Below are positions 36,723-47,577 of a stretch of DNA of 64,000 nt, one piece after another. The DNA is from Blastocatellia bacterium AA13. GTDB taxonomy: Bacteria > Acidobacteriota > Blastocatellia > UBA7656. Below the pieces are notes generated by a model that ran no database searches, was not told the DNA's origin, and was given only the letters and a program-made list of their open reading frames with translations. Location of the stretch: contig QHVH01000041.1 of NCBI GenBank assembly GCA_003222245.1, forward strand, positions 6,487-70,486, read 5' to 3'. A program made the translations under genes and the position numbers. Every line of letters begins with the position of its first letter. Positions within the stretch are counted from its first letter, which is position 1.

Positions 36723-37841
36723 TTAAGCCTTCAATTGCATTCGCCGCATGCTTCGCCAGGCCATCAAATAAAAGATGCAGCCGATGAATCCGATGACGAG
36801 TACTTTCGCCCATGTAGCGGGCCACCCGCCTCCTTGCAAGAACGCATCACGGACGATCTCGATGTAGTACTTGCCCCAGACGAAGTTCGACAGCCATCGA
36901 AATTGGGGAGGGATGTTTTCGATCGGATATAGAAGCCCCGACAATAAGAACACGAGCAGAAAGCCTCCAAGCGCCACCGCCTGCAGCGCCGCGACCTGAC
37001 TTGGAATCGCGGCTCCAACCATCGTTCCAAATGACGAGACACAAAATGCGTAAAGAACCGTGGCTACTATGAAGGGCGTCGGATCGCCCGCGATGCCGAG
37101 CTCAAAGTAGGTGAACAACAGGATGAGCATGAGCACGCATTCCGCGAGCGCTACGAATACGAACGTCAGTATCTTGCCCAGCAGGAATTCATGGACGGAA
37201 ATGTTGGAGACGTAGACCTGAGGAATAGTCCGCTGTTCCATCTCTCGCGACATCGCCAGCCCGGCCAGCAGCGGCGGAAACAGCGACATGCCGAGGACGA
37301 AGATCCCGGGGCCGTAGAATTTTTTGGAGGAACGGCCGGGGTTGTACCACAGGCGGATGGCGGCGCTGACCGGTTCCATGCCGGCAGCGCCTCCGAGCCT
37401 CCTGTTGTAGGCGCTTACGATCTGGCTCGTGAAACCGGCGACCAGTTTTGCCGAATTGGCGTCGGAGGCGTCGATGAGCACCTGAACCGGCGACGCGACC
37501 CCGCGGTTGAGATCGCCGCCAAAATGAGCGGGGATGATAAGCGCTCCGCGCGCCGTGTTGGTTGTGAGCGCCTGTTCGGGCTGTCGATCGACCGGCCACT
37601 GCACTATGTGAAAGGTAAGCGAGGCGCGAAAAGCCTCAATGAAGTTTCGCGACTCGGGCGAATCGTCCAGATCTTGAATCACGAGCGGCAGGTCGCTCAC
37701 CGTCAACGCGATGGCGGTGCCGAGCAGGATCAACAGAATGAGCGGAAGCACGAGCGCGAGCAGAAGCGTGCGCCGGTCGCGCACGATTTGAATCAGCTCT
37801 TTGCGGATTTGAGCAATGATGCGTCTCATACGGCGCCTCAT
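36723..37841 (-). CDS. ABC-2 family transporter permease (YbhS/YbhR-like)
   Basis: MRRRMRRIIAQIRKELIQIVRDRRTLLLALVLP... is a typical ABC-2 N-terminus followed by TM helices. Confidence 0.8.
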   Translation of the reverse strand: MRRRMRRIIAQIRKELIQIVRDRRTLLLALVLPLILLILLGTAIALTVSDLPLVIQDLDDSPESRNFIEAFRASLTFHIVQWPVDRQPEQALTTNTARGALIIPAHFGGDLNRGVASPVQVLIDASDANSAKLVAGFTSQIVSAYNRRLGGAAGMEPVSAAIRLWYNPGRSSKKFYGPGIFVLGMSLFPPLLAGLAMSREMEQRTIPQVYVSNISVHEFLLGKILTFVFVALAECVLMLILLFTYFELGIAGDPTPFIVATVLYAFCVSSFGTMVGAAIPSQVAALQAVALGGFLLVFLLSGLLYPIENIPPQFRWLSNFVWGKYYIEIVRDAFLQGGGWPATWAKVLVIGFIGCIFYLMAWRSMRRMQLKA

Positions 37842-37850
37842 ACTGAATGA

Positions 37851-39797
37851 TCAATCTTCGGAGACGGTTTTCCCTTCTTTCCTCGCCTTCTCGACTATGC
37901 TGATGAATACATCTTCCATCGAAAATCGTTCTTCCCTGGCGCTAATAATTCTGATTCCATTTTCTTGGAGCACGGTTGTGGTCTTCTTGAGCCCGGCTTC
38001 CGCGTCTTCGTCGGTGATGACGTGCAGGCGGTCGCCGAAGAGCGATACTCGCCAATGCTCGCGGTCCTTCTTCAAGAGGTCGGCTGCCTGTTGGGGCCGA
38101 TCGACCCTGACCTCGAGCAGGCGGCCCGTCTGGCGGCCCTTGATCTCAGTCGGGCTGCCTTCCGCTACGATCTCGCCCGCGACCATTAATCCAAGCCGGT
38201 TGCATTGTTCCGATTCTTCGAGATAGTGCGTGGTGACAAGGATCGCGGCTCCGCCATCAGCCAGGCGGTTGATCATCGTCCAGAACGCCCGTCTCGCCAG
38301 GGGATCTACGCCGGAGGTCGGCTCGTCGAGAAAGATGACGCTTGGTTCGTGCATGATTGCGGCTCCGAACGCCACTCGTTGTTTCCATCCACCCGGAAGA
38401 GCGCCGGTCATCTGGCGTTCTTTGCCTTCGAGTCCCGAAAACGACAGCACCCATCGCAACTTTTCCTGGCGCTCGCGATCAGGCACTCCATAGACTCCGG
38501 CGAAGAAATCCAGATTCTCTTTGATCGACAGGTCGTCGTAGAGCGAGAACTTCTGCGACATATATCCGATCCGCTGGCGCACGGAGCCTGACCGCACGCG
38601 GCCCCGCTCTCCGGCGAGTTGTACTTCGCCGCCGCTGGGCTCGAGCAAGCCGCAGAGCATCTTGATCGTAGTTGTTTTGCCGGCCCCATTTGCGCCGAGC
38701 AGTCCGTAGATTTCGCCGTATTTTATCTGGAGGCTGATGTCCCTGGCGGCGGTGAAGGCGCCGAATCGCTTCGTCAGCTTGTCGGCTCCGATCGCGACGT
38801 CTCCTCGCAGCCGCCCGTGATTGTGCCGCGCTGGAAACCGAATTGAATGCGCCTCCTGTCCCAGCGATCGGAGCCGCGCTACGAACACGCTCTCGAGAGT
38901 TGGATCATCGGTACGCACATCGCTGACCGACAGACCCGTCGCTTTCATCGTGTCGTCAAGAACACGGCGTGCTTCTTCGGGATCTTTAGTGAGAAGGTCG
39001 AGGCGGTCGCCGAATCGTTGAACGTCGATGATCGCGGAATCGGGCCCGCTGATTTCTGAAAGCGCGCTCTCCGCCGCGCTCAGGTCGGATGTTCGAATCT
39101 CGAGTCGGCGCGCGCGAAGGCTTCCGCGCAATTCGTCAGGCGTACCGAGCTGCTGAATCTCGCCTTCATGCATCAGGGCCACGCGATGACATCTTTCGGC
39201 TTCGTCAAGATACGGGGTCGCCACCAGGATCGTCAGTCCGTCGGAAGAAAGGTGCGCAAGCGTATCCCAGAATTCCCGGCGCGATACGGGATCAACGCCG
39301 GTCGTGGGTTCATCCAAAAGCAGGACCTGAGGCTCGGGCACAAGCGCGCACGCAAGCGCGAGCTTCTGTTTCATGCCGCCGCTCAACTGTCCCGCGAGCC
39401 GATCTTCGAAGCGATCCATGCTGAACATGCGGAGATATCGCCGGCCCCTTTCGATGATTTCGGCGCGAGGGACGAGTCGCAGATCGCCTACGTATCCGAT
39501 ATTTTCGGAGACTGTTAAATCAGGGTAGAGACTGAAAGTCTGGGTGAGATAACCGGTCTGCGAGCGCGTTTCTCTTGCGGGTCTGTCGAATACCGTTGCG
39601 GAGCCCGAGGTCGGTTCCATAATACCGGCCATTATCTGAAAAGTGGTGGTCTTGCCGGCGCCATCAGGTCCTATCAAGCCGAAGATCTCTCCCTTTGAAA
39701 CATCGAAGCTTATACCGCGCACCGCCTGTATTTCGGCGTAGCTCTTCTTTAGATCGCTGACTTTGATAGCAACTCGAGTCTCGGCGCCATTGGTCAT
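37851..39797 (-). CDS. Tandem (duplicated) ABC transporter ATP-binding protein (YbhF-like), two NBDs
   Basis: Two Walker A motifs (GPDGAGKTT; GANGAGKTT), two ABC signatures (LSGGMKQK; LPGGWKQR), and two Walker B/D-loops (LLLDEPTTGVD; IFLDEPTSGVD). Confidence 0.9.
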   Translation of the reverse strand: MTNGAETRVAIKVSDLKKSYAEIQAVRGISFDVSKGEIFGLIGPDGAGKTTTFQIMAGIMEPTSGSATVFDRPARETRSQTGYLTQTFSLYPDLTVSENIGYVGDLRLVPRAEIIERGRRYLRMFSMDRFEDRLAGQLSGGMKQKLALACALVPEPQVLLLDEPTTGVDPVSRREFWDTLAHLSSDGLTILVATPYLDEAERCHRVALMHEGEIQQLGTPDELRGSLRARRLEIRTSDLSAAESALSEISGPDSAIIDVQRFGDRLDLLTKDPEEARRVLDDTMKATGLSVSDVRTDDPTLESVFVARLRSLGQEAHSIRFPARHNHGRLRGDVAIGADKLTKRFGAFTAARDISLQIKYGEIYGLLGANGAGKTTTIKMLCGLLEPSGGEVQLAGERGRVRSGSVRQRIGYMSQKFSLYDDLSIKENLDFFAGVYGVPDRERQEKLRWVLSFSGLEGKERQMTGALPGGWKQRVAFGAAIMHEPSVIFLDEPTSGVDPLARRAFWTMINRLADGGAAILVTTHYLEESEQCNRLGLMVAGEIVAEGSPTEIKGRQTGRLLEVRVDRPQQAADLLKKDREHWRVSLFGDRLHVITDEDAEAGLKKTTTVLQENGIRIISAREERFSMEDVFISIVEKARKEGKTVSED

Positions 39798-39821
39798 TCG
39801 TCACTTGCCGCTTGTTATTGG

Positions 39822-41180
39822 TCATTTGCGGGGGCGTGTCGGAGGCCACCGGTCGCCGCGAATCAGTATCTCGCCGTCCGCGGGCATTCCAGGTTTTGCG
39901 CTGCCGACGCCTTCGTTGAGTTGTAGCTTGACCCCTACGACTTGTTTGACGCGCTCATCTCGAAAGTATGTGTTCTCGGGTGTGAACGTAGCCGTAGGAT
40001 CAACACGCGATATATATGCATCGAGCGGCTGGTCCGGATTTGAATCCAGGTACACCCTTGCGTGTTGACCGACTTTGACGTTTCCGATCTGTCCTTCCGG
40101 AACAAAGCCGCGCAGATACACCTTGCTGAGATCGAGGAGCGATACGATCGGCGTGCCGGCCATCACTACCTCGCCCGGTTCGGCCGAGCGCGTCGTCACG
40201 GTGCCGTTGAAAGGCGCTTTCACGGTCAAGTCTTGCCGGTTCGCTTGAGCTTCGGCAAGTTGAGCGCGGGCCTGCTCGATTGCGGCGTTTGCGCTCGCGA
40301 CCTCGGATTGTTGCTGAGCGATCTGCCGACTCACGGCGTTAGTGGCCGCGCTCTTTATGCCCGGATTGGAGAGACTGGCCTTCGCGAGCTCCAGGGCTCC
40401 TCGCGCGGCTTCGACATGACGTTTCGCGGATGCGACTGCCGCGGCTTGTTGAGCGGCCGCCGAAACTGCTTCCAGGCCCTTTCGTTCGGAGACCGCCCCG
40501 GTAGCGGCCAGACGCGAATACGCATCCTTATCGAAAAGCGCGAGCCGATAGGCAGCTTCCTGCTGGGCCAGTTCCGCTTCGGCCGCGGTTACTTCAGCTT
40601 CCGCTTGGTGCACTCTTCCTTCGGCATCGAGCTTAGCCTGACCGGTTTGCAGATTATTCTGTTGCCATTGCTCTTTCAAAACGGCGATCTGGTTTTGCGC
40701 CGCCTGAGCTTTTGCCTGAGCCTGCGAGAGAGCTGCCTTGGCCTGCTCTTCCCTGGCCCGCAACTGCTCGTCGTCGAGGACGGCGATCGTGTCACCTGCC
40801 TTGACCTCATCGCCTTCTCTGACGCGGATCTCAAGAATACGCCCGTTGGCCTTTGGAGCGACCGTGGATGCATCGCCTTCTATGCGGCCGCTCAGAGGGA
40901 TGATGCTATCGGGTACTTTCGGTCCATTGAAGAAAACTTTCCATGCGATTATGACTGCCGCGGCGATAACACCTAATAAGACGATAATCGTGATCAGCCG
41001 GCGAACACGCGGGCGAGTATTCGAGGGTTCGGTGGAATCGATCTTTGTTCCTTTGTCATCCGATTTCTCGTCAGATGCAGGTTGGGTTTGTTCTTTCATG
41101 TGATGGGGTTTATTGCCGTGCTTGGTCTTTTGAACCGGGAGCGATGCTCCAAAGGGATGCGCCCCTGGGAGCGCGGGCAT
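39822..41180 (-). CDS. HlyD-family membrane-fusion (periplasmic adaptor) protein
   Basis: N-terminal TM, a long Ala/Gln-rich coiled-coil, then a beta-barrel or lipoyl-like C-terminus. It is the first gene of the efflux operon. The true start may be ATG 41099 (MKEQTQP). Confidence 0.8.
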   Translation of the reverse strand: MPALPGAHPFGASLPVQKTKHGNKPHHMKEQTQPASDEKSDDKGTKIDSTEPSNTRPRVRRLITIIVLLGVIAAAVIIAWKVFFNGPKVPDSIIPLSGRIEGDASTVAPKANGRILEIRVREGDEVKAGDTIAVLDDEQLRAREEQAKAALSQAQAKAQAAQNQIAVLKEQWQQNNLQTGQAKLDAEGRVHQAEAEVTAAEAELAQQEAAYRLALFDKDAYSRLAATGAVSERKGLEAVSAAAQQAAAVASAKRHVEAARGALELAKASLSNPGIKSAATNAVSRQIAQQQSEVASANAAIEQARAQLAEAQANRQDLTVKAPFNGTVTTRSAEPGEVVMAGTPIVSLLDLSKVYLRGFVPEGQIGNVKVGQHARVYLDSNPDQPLDAYISRVDPTATFTPENTYFRDERVKQVVGVKLQLNEGVGSAKPGMPADGEILIRGDRWPPTRPRK

Positions 41181-41479
41181 CCTGCCTGTATTGAGCGCGG
41201 GAGCGGCCCGGCACTCTCAGTGCGCGGAGCGCTTCGTCGCTCGACCCGGCTGTCGCCCTGGCCTTTCATAGTTCCCGCCTTTGACGCTTATGAGCGGCGC
41301 CGATAAGGTCGTGCTTTGCCCCTGAAATGTCCAACTCCAATATTCCTGATGCTAATCCGGCGCCTTTCCCTCACCCTTTCCTTCTTCTAATGGCAACTAC
41401 AGCGTTCGCCTTCGGGGAACGACAGCCTTTCGGGTTTGAGATTGATCTTCCGCTTTTGCGCATAATCAACCTTGAGCGC

Positions 41480-42913
41480 CTACTGTGATTGCCGTTTGCG
41501 CTTCGTCTGTCGATAAAGATGCGTGCTCCGGCCGAAGAACATCTCGGCGGCTTCCATTGTGGTTTCAGACAACGTCGGATGAGCATGAATGCTCAGTTTC
41601 AGGTCTGAAACAAGCGCCGCCATTTCTACCGCGAGCACACCTTCCGCGATCAGCTCTCCAGCTCCGACTCCGGCGATGCCTACTCCCAGGATCCGTTCGG
41701 TCTCAGGATCGACGATAAGCTTCGTGACACCTTCTCCGCGATCCAGAGTAGCGGCCCTGCCCGAAGCGGTCCACGGAAAGCGCGCGACCTTCACATCCCG
41801 TCCGGCCGCGCGCGCCTGTGACTCGGTCAGCCCGCACCATGCAATCTCAGGATCGGTAAAGACTACCGCCGGAATTGCGCGCGGTTCGAATGCAACGTCG
41901 CGGCCCGCGATCACTTCAGCCGCCACAATGCCTTCGTGCGTCGCCTTATGCGCGAGCATCGGTTCGCCCGCCGCGTCGCCTATGGCGAAGATCGTGCGCT
42001 CGGCGGTCCGTCGCTGTGAATCAACTTTAATAAAGCCGCGTGAATCAATCTCAACCGCGGTGTTCTCGAGTCCCAAACCCGCTGAGTTCGGTCTGCGTCC
42101 AACGGCGGCAAGGACTCTGTCGAACATCGCTGAATCCTGTCCGCCATCGGCTTTTTGAAAGGTAACTCGCACGCCGTCGCCTTCGTGTTCTAAACCGACG
42201 ACTTTTGTCTCGAGCAGTATGTTGTCGAAGATTTTCTCGGCCTGCTTTGTCAGAACGGCAACCAAATCGCGGTCAACACCGGGAAGCAGTCCCGAAGTCA
42301 TCTCGATGACGGTGACCCGCGAGCCGAGAGCAGCATAGACGGTTCCCAATTCCAGGCCGATATAGCCGCCGCCCAGCACGAGAATGTTTTTCGGTATTTC
42401 AGCCAGCTCCAGTGCAGCCGTCGAATCCCACACTCGCTTGCCGTCAAACGAAAGACCCGGAACGACGCTTGGCCGTGAGCCTGTTGCGACTATGGCATGC
42501 TCGAAGCGGAGCTGCTCCGAAGCGCTCCCGCCCGTATCGATCGTCAACGTGCGGCCATCAACAAACTGCGCGCGGCCTTTGATGTAGTTGACGCTTCGGA
42601 GCCGCGTCAATTGCCCAAGTCCCGAAGTCAGTTTCTTCACCACGCCGTCTTTCCAGTCGCGCAGCTTGTCGAGATTGATTTTCGGTTCGGAGAATGTGAT
42701 CCCCCAATTCGCCGCCTGGCGAGATTCGGCGATGATTCGCGAGACGTGCAACAGGGCTTTGGATGGAATGCAGCCGCGATAAAGGCAGACGCCGCCGGGG
42801 TCGGCCTCCGGGTCTATCAACGTGACCTCGAGATCGAGATCGGCCGCCATGAATGCCGCCGCGTATCCGCCGGGCCCGGCTCCGATCACCGCGAGCTGCG
42901 TAGCCTTATCCAT
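41480..42913 (-). CDS. lpdA: Dihydrolipoyl dehydrogenase (E3)
   Basis: AVIGAGPGGYAAA (FAD site) and GGVCLYRGCIPSK (redox disulfide), canonical across its whole length. Confidence 0.92.
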   Translation of the reverse strand: MDKATQLAVIGAGPGGYAAAFMAADLDLEVTLIDPEADPGGVCLYRGCIPSKALLHVSRIIAESRQAANWGITFSEPKINLDKLRDWKDGVVKKLTSGLGQLTRLRSVNYIKGRAQFVDGRTLTIDTGGSASEQLRFEHAIVATGSRPSVVPGLSFDGKRVWDSTAALELAEIPKNILVLGGGYIGLELGTVYAALGSRVTVIEMTSGLLPGVDRDLVAVLTKQAEKIFDNILLETKVVGLEHEGDGVRVTFQKADGGQDSAMFDRVLAAVGRRPNSAGLGLENTAVEIDSRGFIKVDSQRRTAERTIFAIGDAAGEPMLAHKATHEGIVAAEVIAGRDVAFEPRAIPAVVFTDPEIAWCGLTESQARAAGRDVKVARFPWTASGRAATLDRGEGVTKLIVDPETERILGVGIAGVGAGELIAEGVLAVEMAALVSDLKLSIHAHPTLSETTMEAAEMFFGRSTHLYRQTKRKRQSQ

Positions 42914-42918
42914 TCTGT

Positions 42919-44412
42919 TTATCCTTCGAGGGTGAGCACGAACGGCTGTCGAAATGCCTCAGCTACCCATCGAAGGAACTGAGCGGCGTCCGCACCATCG
43001 ATCAAACGATGGTCGTATGAAAGCCCGATCGGAAGCATCAAGCGCGGCTGAAAACTTCCGTCGATGAAAACCGGTTGCTTCGCCGCCCGAGACATTGCCA
43101 GTATGGCGACCTCCGGACTGTTTATGATCGGAGTGAAACCTGACCCGCCTATACCGCCGAGGTTTGTGATGGTAAATGTTCCGCCCTTCATCTCCTCGAG
43201 CGCGAGCTTCTTTTGCCTGGCTCTTTCGGCGACCTCGGTCAGCTCGGCTGACAGTTCCAGGAGATTCTTCTTGTCTACAGAACGTATGACGGGAACGAGG
43301 AGGCCGAAATCGGTCTCAACGGCGACTCCGATGTCATAATACCTTTTGTAGATGATCTCCGCTCCTTCGATATCGAGGCTCGCGTTGAATTGAGGAAAGC
43401 GTTTCAGAGCCGAGGCGACGATCTTGAGCGCGATGGCGGTAATGGTGAGTTTGCCGCCGGCTTCCGCCGCGCGGTCGGCATAAAGCTGCCGCATCTTTTC
43501 CAGCTCGGTGATGTCGGCGTTATCGAAATGGGTCACGTGCGGAATCGCCTGCCATGCGTTGGCTGTACGTTCGGCGGTCTTGCGACGTATGGTCGTCATC
43601 GACTTTCGCTCGACCTCGCCCCACTGCGTGAAGTCGGGCAGAGCGCTCGCCGGTGGACGCGGTCCGGATTCGCCTTTTGTGACATTGAGGATTATGGAGC
43701 GCGCATAGTTCCTGACGTCTTCTTCGGTGATTCGGCTGCCGGGGCCCGACCCCGTAACTTCCGCGATGTCGACCCCGAGCTCGCGCGCCATTCTGCGAAC
43801 TGACGGAGATGCCGGAACAAGCTCCGCTGCTTGCGGCTGTGTTTCGCTTTGTCCCTCGATTTCGCCGGTACGACTTTGGGCAGCCGCTTGTCCTTGCTCC
43901 TCGGGTTCATCGCTTTTGCGCGGCTCTGGGGCGGCAGGAGCTTTGGCGGGGGTCGGAGCCGCGCCGGGCCCTCCTCCTGATTCCGAACTCGACCTTCGGG
44001 GCGGAAGCGTCTGGCTGGCCGCGACACCTTGTGTCGAGCCGCCCTCGAGACCTGTCTTTGGACGATCTCCGCTTGCGGTTTGTTTCCGCGGCTGAGCGGG
44101 GCTTCGATCGTCGCTTCGAGGAGCGACTTGATCGGCGCCGTCACTTCGCTGTTTATCCGGCTTTTGTGATTCGGCTCCGCCGTCGACGATCAGGATCACC
44201 TGTCCTACTTTGATTGTCTCGCCTTCCTTTACGCGTACTTCCTTTACGGTACCGGCAGAGGCCGCTGGAACTTCGACTGTAGCCTTTTCCGTCTCGAGCT
44301 CGATGACGGGCTGACCTTCGGTAACCGAGTCACCGGGCTGTACGAGGATTCTCGACACGACGCCCGAATCAACGCTCTCACCCAGCTTCGGGAGCTTCAT
44401 ATCATTTGCCAT
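42919..44412 (-). CDS. Dihydrolipoamide acetyltransferase (E2) of the pyruvate dehydrogenase complex
   Basis: Lipoyl domain (…ETEKATVEVPA…), Pro/Ala-rich linkers, an E3-binding domain, and the catalytic DHRLIDGA motif. Confidence 0.9.
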   Translation of the reverse strand: MANDMKLPKLGESVDSGVVSRILVQPGDSVTEGQPVIELETEKATVEVPAASAGTVKEVRVKEGETIKVGQVILIVDGGAESQKPDKQRSDGADQVAPRSDDRSPAQPRKQTASGDRPKTGLEGGSTQGVAASQTLPPRRSSSESGGGPGAAPTPAKAPAAPEPRKSDEPEEQGQAAAQSRTGEIEGQSETQPQAAELVPASPSVRRMARELGVDIAEVTGSGPGSRITEEDVRNYARSIILNVTKGESGPRPPASALPDFTQWGEVERKSMTTIRRKTAERTANAWQAIPHVTHFDNADITELEKMRQLYADRAAEAGGKLTITAIALKIVASALKRFPQFNASLDIEGAEIIYKRYYDIGVAVETDFGLLVPVIRSVDKKNLLELSAELTEVAERARQKKLALEEMKGGTFTITNLGGIGGSGFTPIINSPEVAILAMSRAAKQPVFIDGSFQPRLMLPIGLSYDHRLIDGADAAQFLRWVAEAFRQPFVLTLEG

Positions 44413-44492
44413 ATATATGTGCAGTCCTTCTTTAACTTTCGTCGGCGCCTTTTCTCTTTACTAAAGCTGACACCGGCGCCGTGACACCTCTT

Positions 44493-47168
44493 CTACACCA
44501 GTCGTGGGTTTGCTTTTTCAGGATTGATTTCCAACTCCCGCATTGCCGTCTGCGCCACGGTGGGATCGATCTTCTTTTCGCGCACGAGCGCGGCGAGCAC
44601 CGCCAAGGTTATATATCTGCTGTCGACTTCGAAGAAGTCTCGCAATGCGGTGCGATTGTCGCTGCGTCCGAATCCGTCGGTTCCCAACGAGAGCAGAGGT
44701 CCCGGGAGCCACTGCGAGATCGAGTCGGGAAGAGCCTTGACGTAGTCCGAGGCCGCGACAAAAACGCCGGATGAGTCTTTCACGCATTGCGTGATGTAAG
44801 GAACACGGGGCTTCTCGCCCGGGTGCAGCATATTCCAGCGCTCAGCCTCGTTGCCTTCGACATAGAGCTGCTTGTAGCTGGTGACGCTCCAGACATCGGC
44901 CGCGACGTTGTACCGTTCTCGCAGCAGCGTCTGAGCCCGCAACGCTTCGTTTACTATCGCGCCGCTGCTGAAGATATTCGCACGCAATTTACTCTTATCT
45001 TTTTCAGCGGCTTTGAGCCTGTAGATGCCCTTTATGATCCCTTCCTCGATATCGTCGGCGTTCGGGATCGGAGGATGGTTGTAATTCTCGTTGGCCAGTG
45101 TCAGGTAGTAGAAGATGTTTTCCTGCTTCTCGTACATGCGGCGGATGCCGTCGCGAACGATGACGGCAATTTCATACGCGAATGCGGGATCGTACGTCAG
45201 CAGATTCGGAATCGGGAAAGCGAGTAGATGACTCTGGCCGTCCTGATGCTGCAATCCCTCGCCCGACAGCGTCGTGCGCCCGGCCGTTCCGCCCAAAAGA
45301 AAACCCTTCGTGCGCGCGTCACCGGCCGCCCAGACAAGGTCACCGACTCGCTGGAGACCAAACATCGAGTAGAAGATGAAAAACGGGATCGTGTTGACTT
45401 CATGAGTCGCGTAAGCCGTGCCGGCCGCGATGAACGATGAAATCGATCCGGCTTCGGTGATCCCTTCTTCCAGAATCTGTCCGTCCTGGGCCTCTTTGTA
45501 ATAGAGCAGCGTCTCCGCGTCGACCGGCTCGTACAATTGACCTACGTGTGAGTAAATTCCGACCTGCCGGAACAAGGGCTCCATACCAAAGGTGCGCGCC
45601 TCGTCGGGAACGATAGGAACGATCAGCTTGCCGATGTGTTCATCGCGGAGCAGCTTTGAGAGCATGCGAACGAACACCATCGTGGTCGATGCTTCTCTGC
45701 CGTCCGTTCCGGCATAGAACTCTTCAAACACGCTTTGAGGCGGGGTGCTTATCGATTCGACCGACACGGTTCTGGACGGGACATAGCCTCCTAATCGCCT
45801 CCGTCTCTCGTGCAGGTATTCGAGCTCGGGGCTGTTGACGGCGGGCCGGTAGAAAGGCGCCTCGGCTATGTCCTCATCGGAAATAGGTATGCCGAACCGC
45901 GACCGGAATCGCCGCAGCTCGTCTTCGTTCAGCTTCTTTTGCTGGTGAGTGATGTTCTTGCCTTCGCCGGCTTCACCCAATCCATAGCCTTTGATCGTGC
46001 GCGCAAGAATGACTGTTGGAGAGCCGCGGTGCTCGACTGCCGCTTTGTATGCCGCGTAGACCTTCTGAGGGTCGTGCCCGCCGAGTCTCATCTTCTCGAG
46101 CTGTTCGTCCGAAAGAGAGCTCACCATTTCGAGCAATCGAGGATCGGTTCCAAAGAAATGTTCGCGGACAAATGCTCCCGATTCGGTCGCGTACTTTTGC
46201 CACTGTCCGTCGACAGTCTCGCCCATTCTTTTGATCAGCAGGCCGTCGTGGTCTATCGCCAGCAGCGGGTCCCAATCACTGCCCCAGATCACCTTGATCA
46301 CATTCCAGCCGGCGCCTCGGAAGATCGCTTCAAGCTCTTGAATGATGTTGCCGTTTCCTCTAACCGGACCATCGAGCCGCTGCAGATTGCAATTGATGAC
46401 AAAGATGAGGTCGTCGAGCTTCTCGCGCGAAGCGAGGGTGATTGCGCCGAGGCTCTCGGGCTCGTCGGTCTCGCCGTCTCCAAGAAAAGCCCACACGCGC
46501 GAGTCCGATTCCTTTTTAAGTCCCCGATCTTCGAGATAGCGATTGAAGCGCGATTGGTAAATCGCCATGATCGGCCCCAGTCCCATCGACACCGTTGGGA
46601 ACTCCCAGAACTCGGGCATCAGCCACGGATGCGGATAAGAGGAAAGGCCGCCGCCCGCCCGCAATTCTCTTCTGAAATTTCTGAGGTGGTTCTCGTCAAT
46701 GCGGCCTTCCAAGTAGGCTCGCGCGTAGATTCCCGGAGACGCGTGCCCTTGAAAGTAGATGATGTCGCCGTTGTGATCGGCGCCTTTCGCTCGAAAGAAG
46801 TGATTGAAGCCCACTTCATACAGGGTCGCCGCCGAAGCGTAGGTTGATATGTGCCCGCCGATGCCGCTCTCCTCGCGGTTCGCTCGCACCACCATCGCGA
46901 GTGCGTTCCATCGCACTAGGCTCTTTATGCGCCGCTCTATTTCGCGGCTCCCGGGATAAACCGGCTGCTGACCGGCGGGAATAGTATTGATGTAAGGAGT
47001 ATTGGCTGAGAAAGGTCTTCGAACGCCCGCTTGTTGAGCGTGGATGCTCAATCGTTCTAGCAGCGCGCGCGTTCTATCAGGTCCACGCTTGATGACGTAA
47101 TCAAGCGAATCCAGCCATTCACGTATTTCAAGTTCTTCGTCGTCGAGCGGCCCGGCGGTGCTCATCAT
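44493..47168 (-). CDS. aceE: Pyruvate dehydrogenase E1 component, homodimeric type
   Basis: MMSTAGPLDDEELEIREWLDSLDYVI... aligns with AceE N-termini, giving about 891 aa. The ORF-track start at 47324 overextends; GGGGA precedes ATG 47168. Confidence 0.9.
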   Translation of the reverse strand: MMSTAGPLDDEELEIREWLDSLDYVIKRGPDRTRALLERLSIHAQQAGVRRPFSANTPYINTIPAGQQPVYPGSREIERRIKSLVRWNALAMVVRANREESGIGGHISTYASAATLYEVGFNHFFRAKGADHNGDIIYFQGHASPGIYARAYLEGRIDENHLRNFRRELRAGGGLSSYPHPWLMPEFWEFPTVSMGLGPIMAIYQSRFNRYLEDRGLKKESDSRVWAFLGDGETDEPESLGAITLASREKLDDLIFVINCNLQRLDGPVRGNGNIIQELEAIFRGAGWNVIKVIWGSDWDPLLAIDHDGLLIKRMGETVDGQWQKYATESGAFVREHFFGTDPRLLEMVSSLSDEQLEKMRLGGHDPQKVYAAYKAAVEHRGSPTVILARTIKGYGLGEAGEGKNITHQQKKLNEDELRRFRSRFGIPISDEDIAEAPFYRPAVNSPELEYLHERRRRLGGYVPSRTVSVESISTPPQSVFEEFYAGTDGREASTTMVFVRMLSKLLRDEHIGKLIVPIVPDEARTFGMEPLFRQVGIYSHVGQLYEPVDAETLLYYKEAQDGQILEEGITEAGSISSFIAAGTAYATHEVNTIPFFIFYSMFGLQRVGDLVWAAGDARTKGFLLGGTAGRTTLSGEGLQHQDGQSHLLAFPIPNLLTYDPAFAYEIAVIVRDGIRRMYEKQENIFYYLTLANENYNHPPIPNADDIEEGIIKGIYRLKAAEKDKSKLRANIFSSGAIVNEALRAQTLLRERYNVAADVWSVTSYKQLYVEGNEAERWNMLHPGEKPRVPYITQCVKDSSGVFVAASDYVKALPDSISQWLPGPLLSLGTDGFGRSDNRTALRDFFEVDSRYITLAVLAALVREKKIDPTVAQTAMRELEINPEKANPRLV

Positions 47169-47491
47169 TAGTCCCCACGTTTTTAACAAGCCTGGCGAGC
47201 TCGTGTTTAGTGGAACCTCTTTAGTTGCTCTCTTGATACTTTCGCTTCGAGAGACAACCCGAGAAAAACAACCTGTGTATTTTAGCAAACAATGTTCCAG
47301 CCAGCGATTGCCGGAGCGCGACATGCTTGTGATTTGAAGTACACCTAGCCGGCCTGAGCCGCACGATGGCTGCGATCATGGACGGCACGCATACGTTGCG
47401 TTGTGAAACAGGACATCAGAGACGATCGGCGGAACGCGTGGAAATCGAGGACCGAACACAAGCCTACGCCGACTGAATTCCCAGCGGGTTC

Positions 47492-47530
47492 TTAACAGAA
47501 AGTTTACATCAATATTAATAACTCGTAACG
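47492..47530 (+). promoter_or_regulatory. Pho-box-like array: four hexamers TTAACA-N5-TTTACA-N5-ATTAAT-N5-GTAACG at 11-bp periodicity upstream of pstS
   Basis: Read directly, 48 nt upstream of pstS ATG 47578. It resembles PhoP/PhoB direct-repeat boxes. Confidence 0.5.
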
Positions 47531-47577
47531 CCGGCCGCATAGACTCTCCCTCTCTGAATTTGCGACAGGAGGCAACC

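Noticed and set aside
39822-41180. Alternative shorter start (ATG 41099, MKEQTQP) for the HlyD-family gene
   Set aside because: Neither start has a strong RBS. The ORF-track start is kept and the ambiguity noted.
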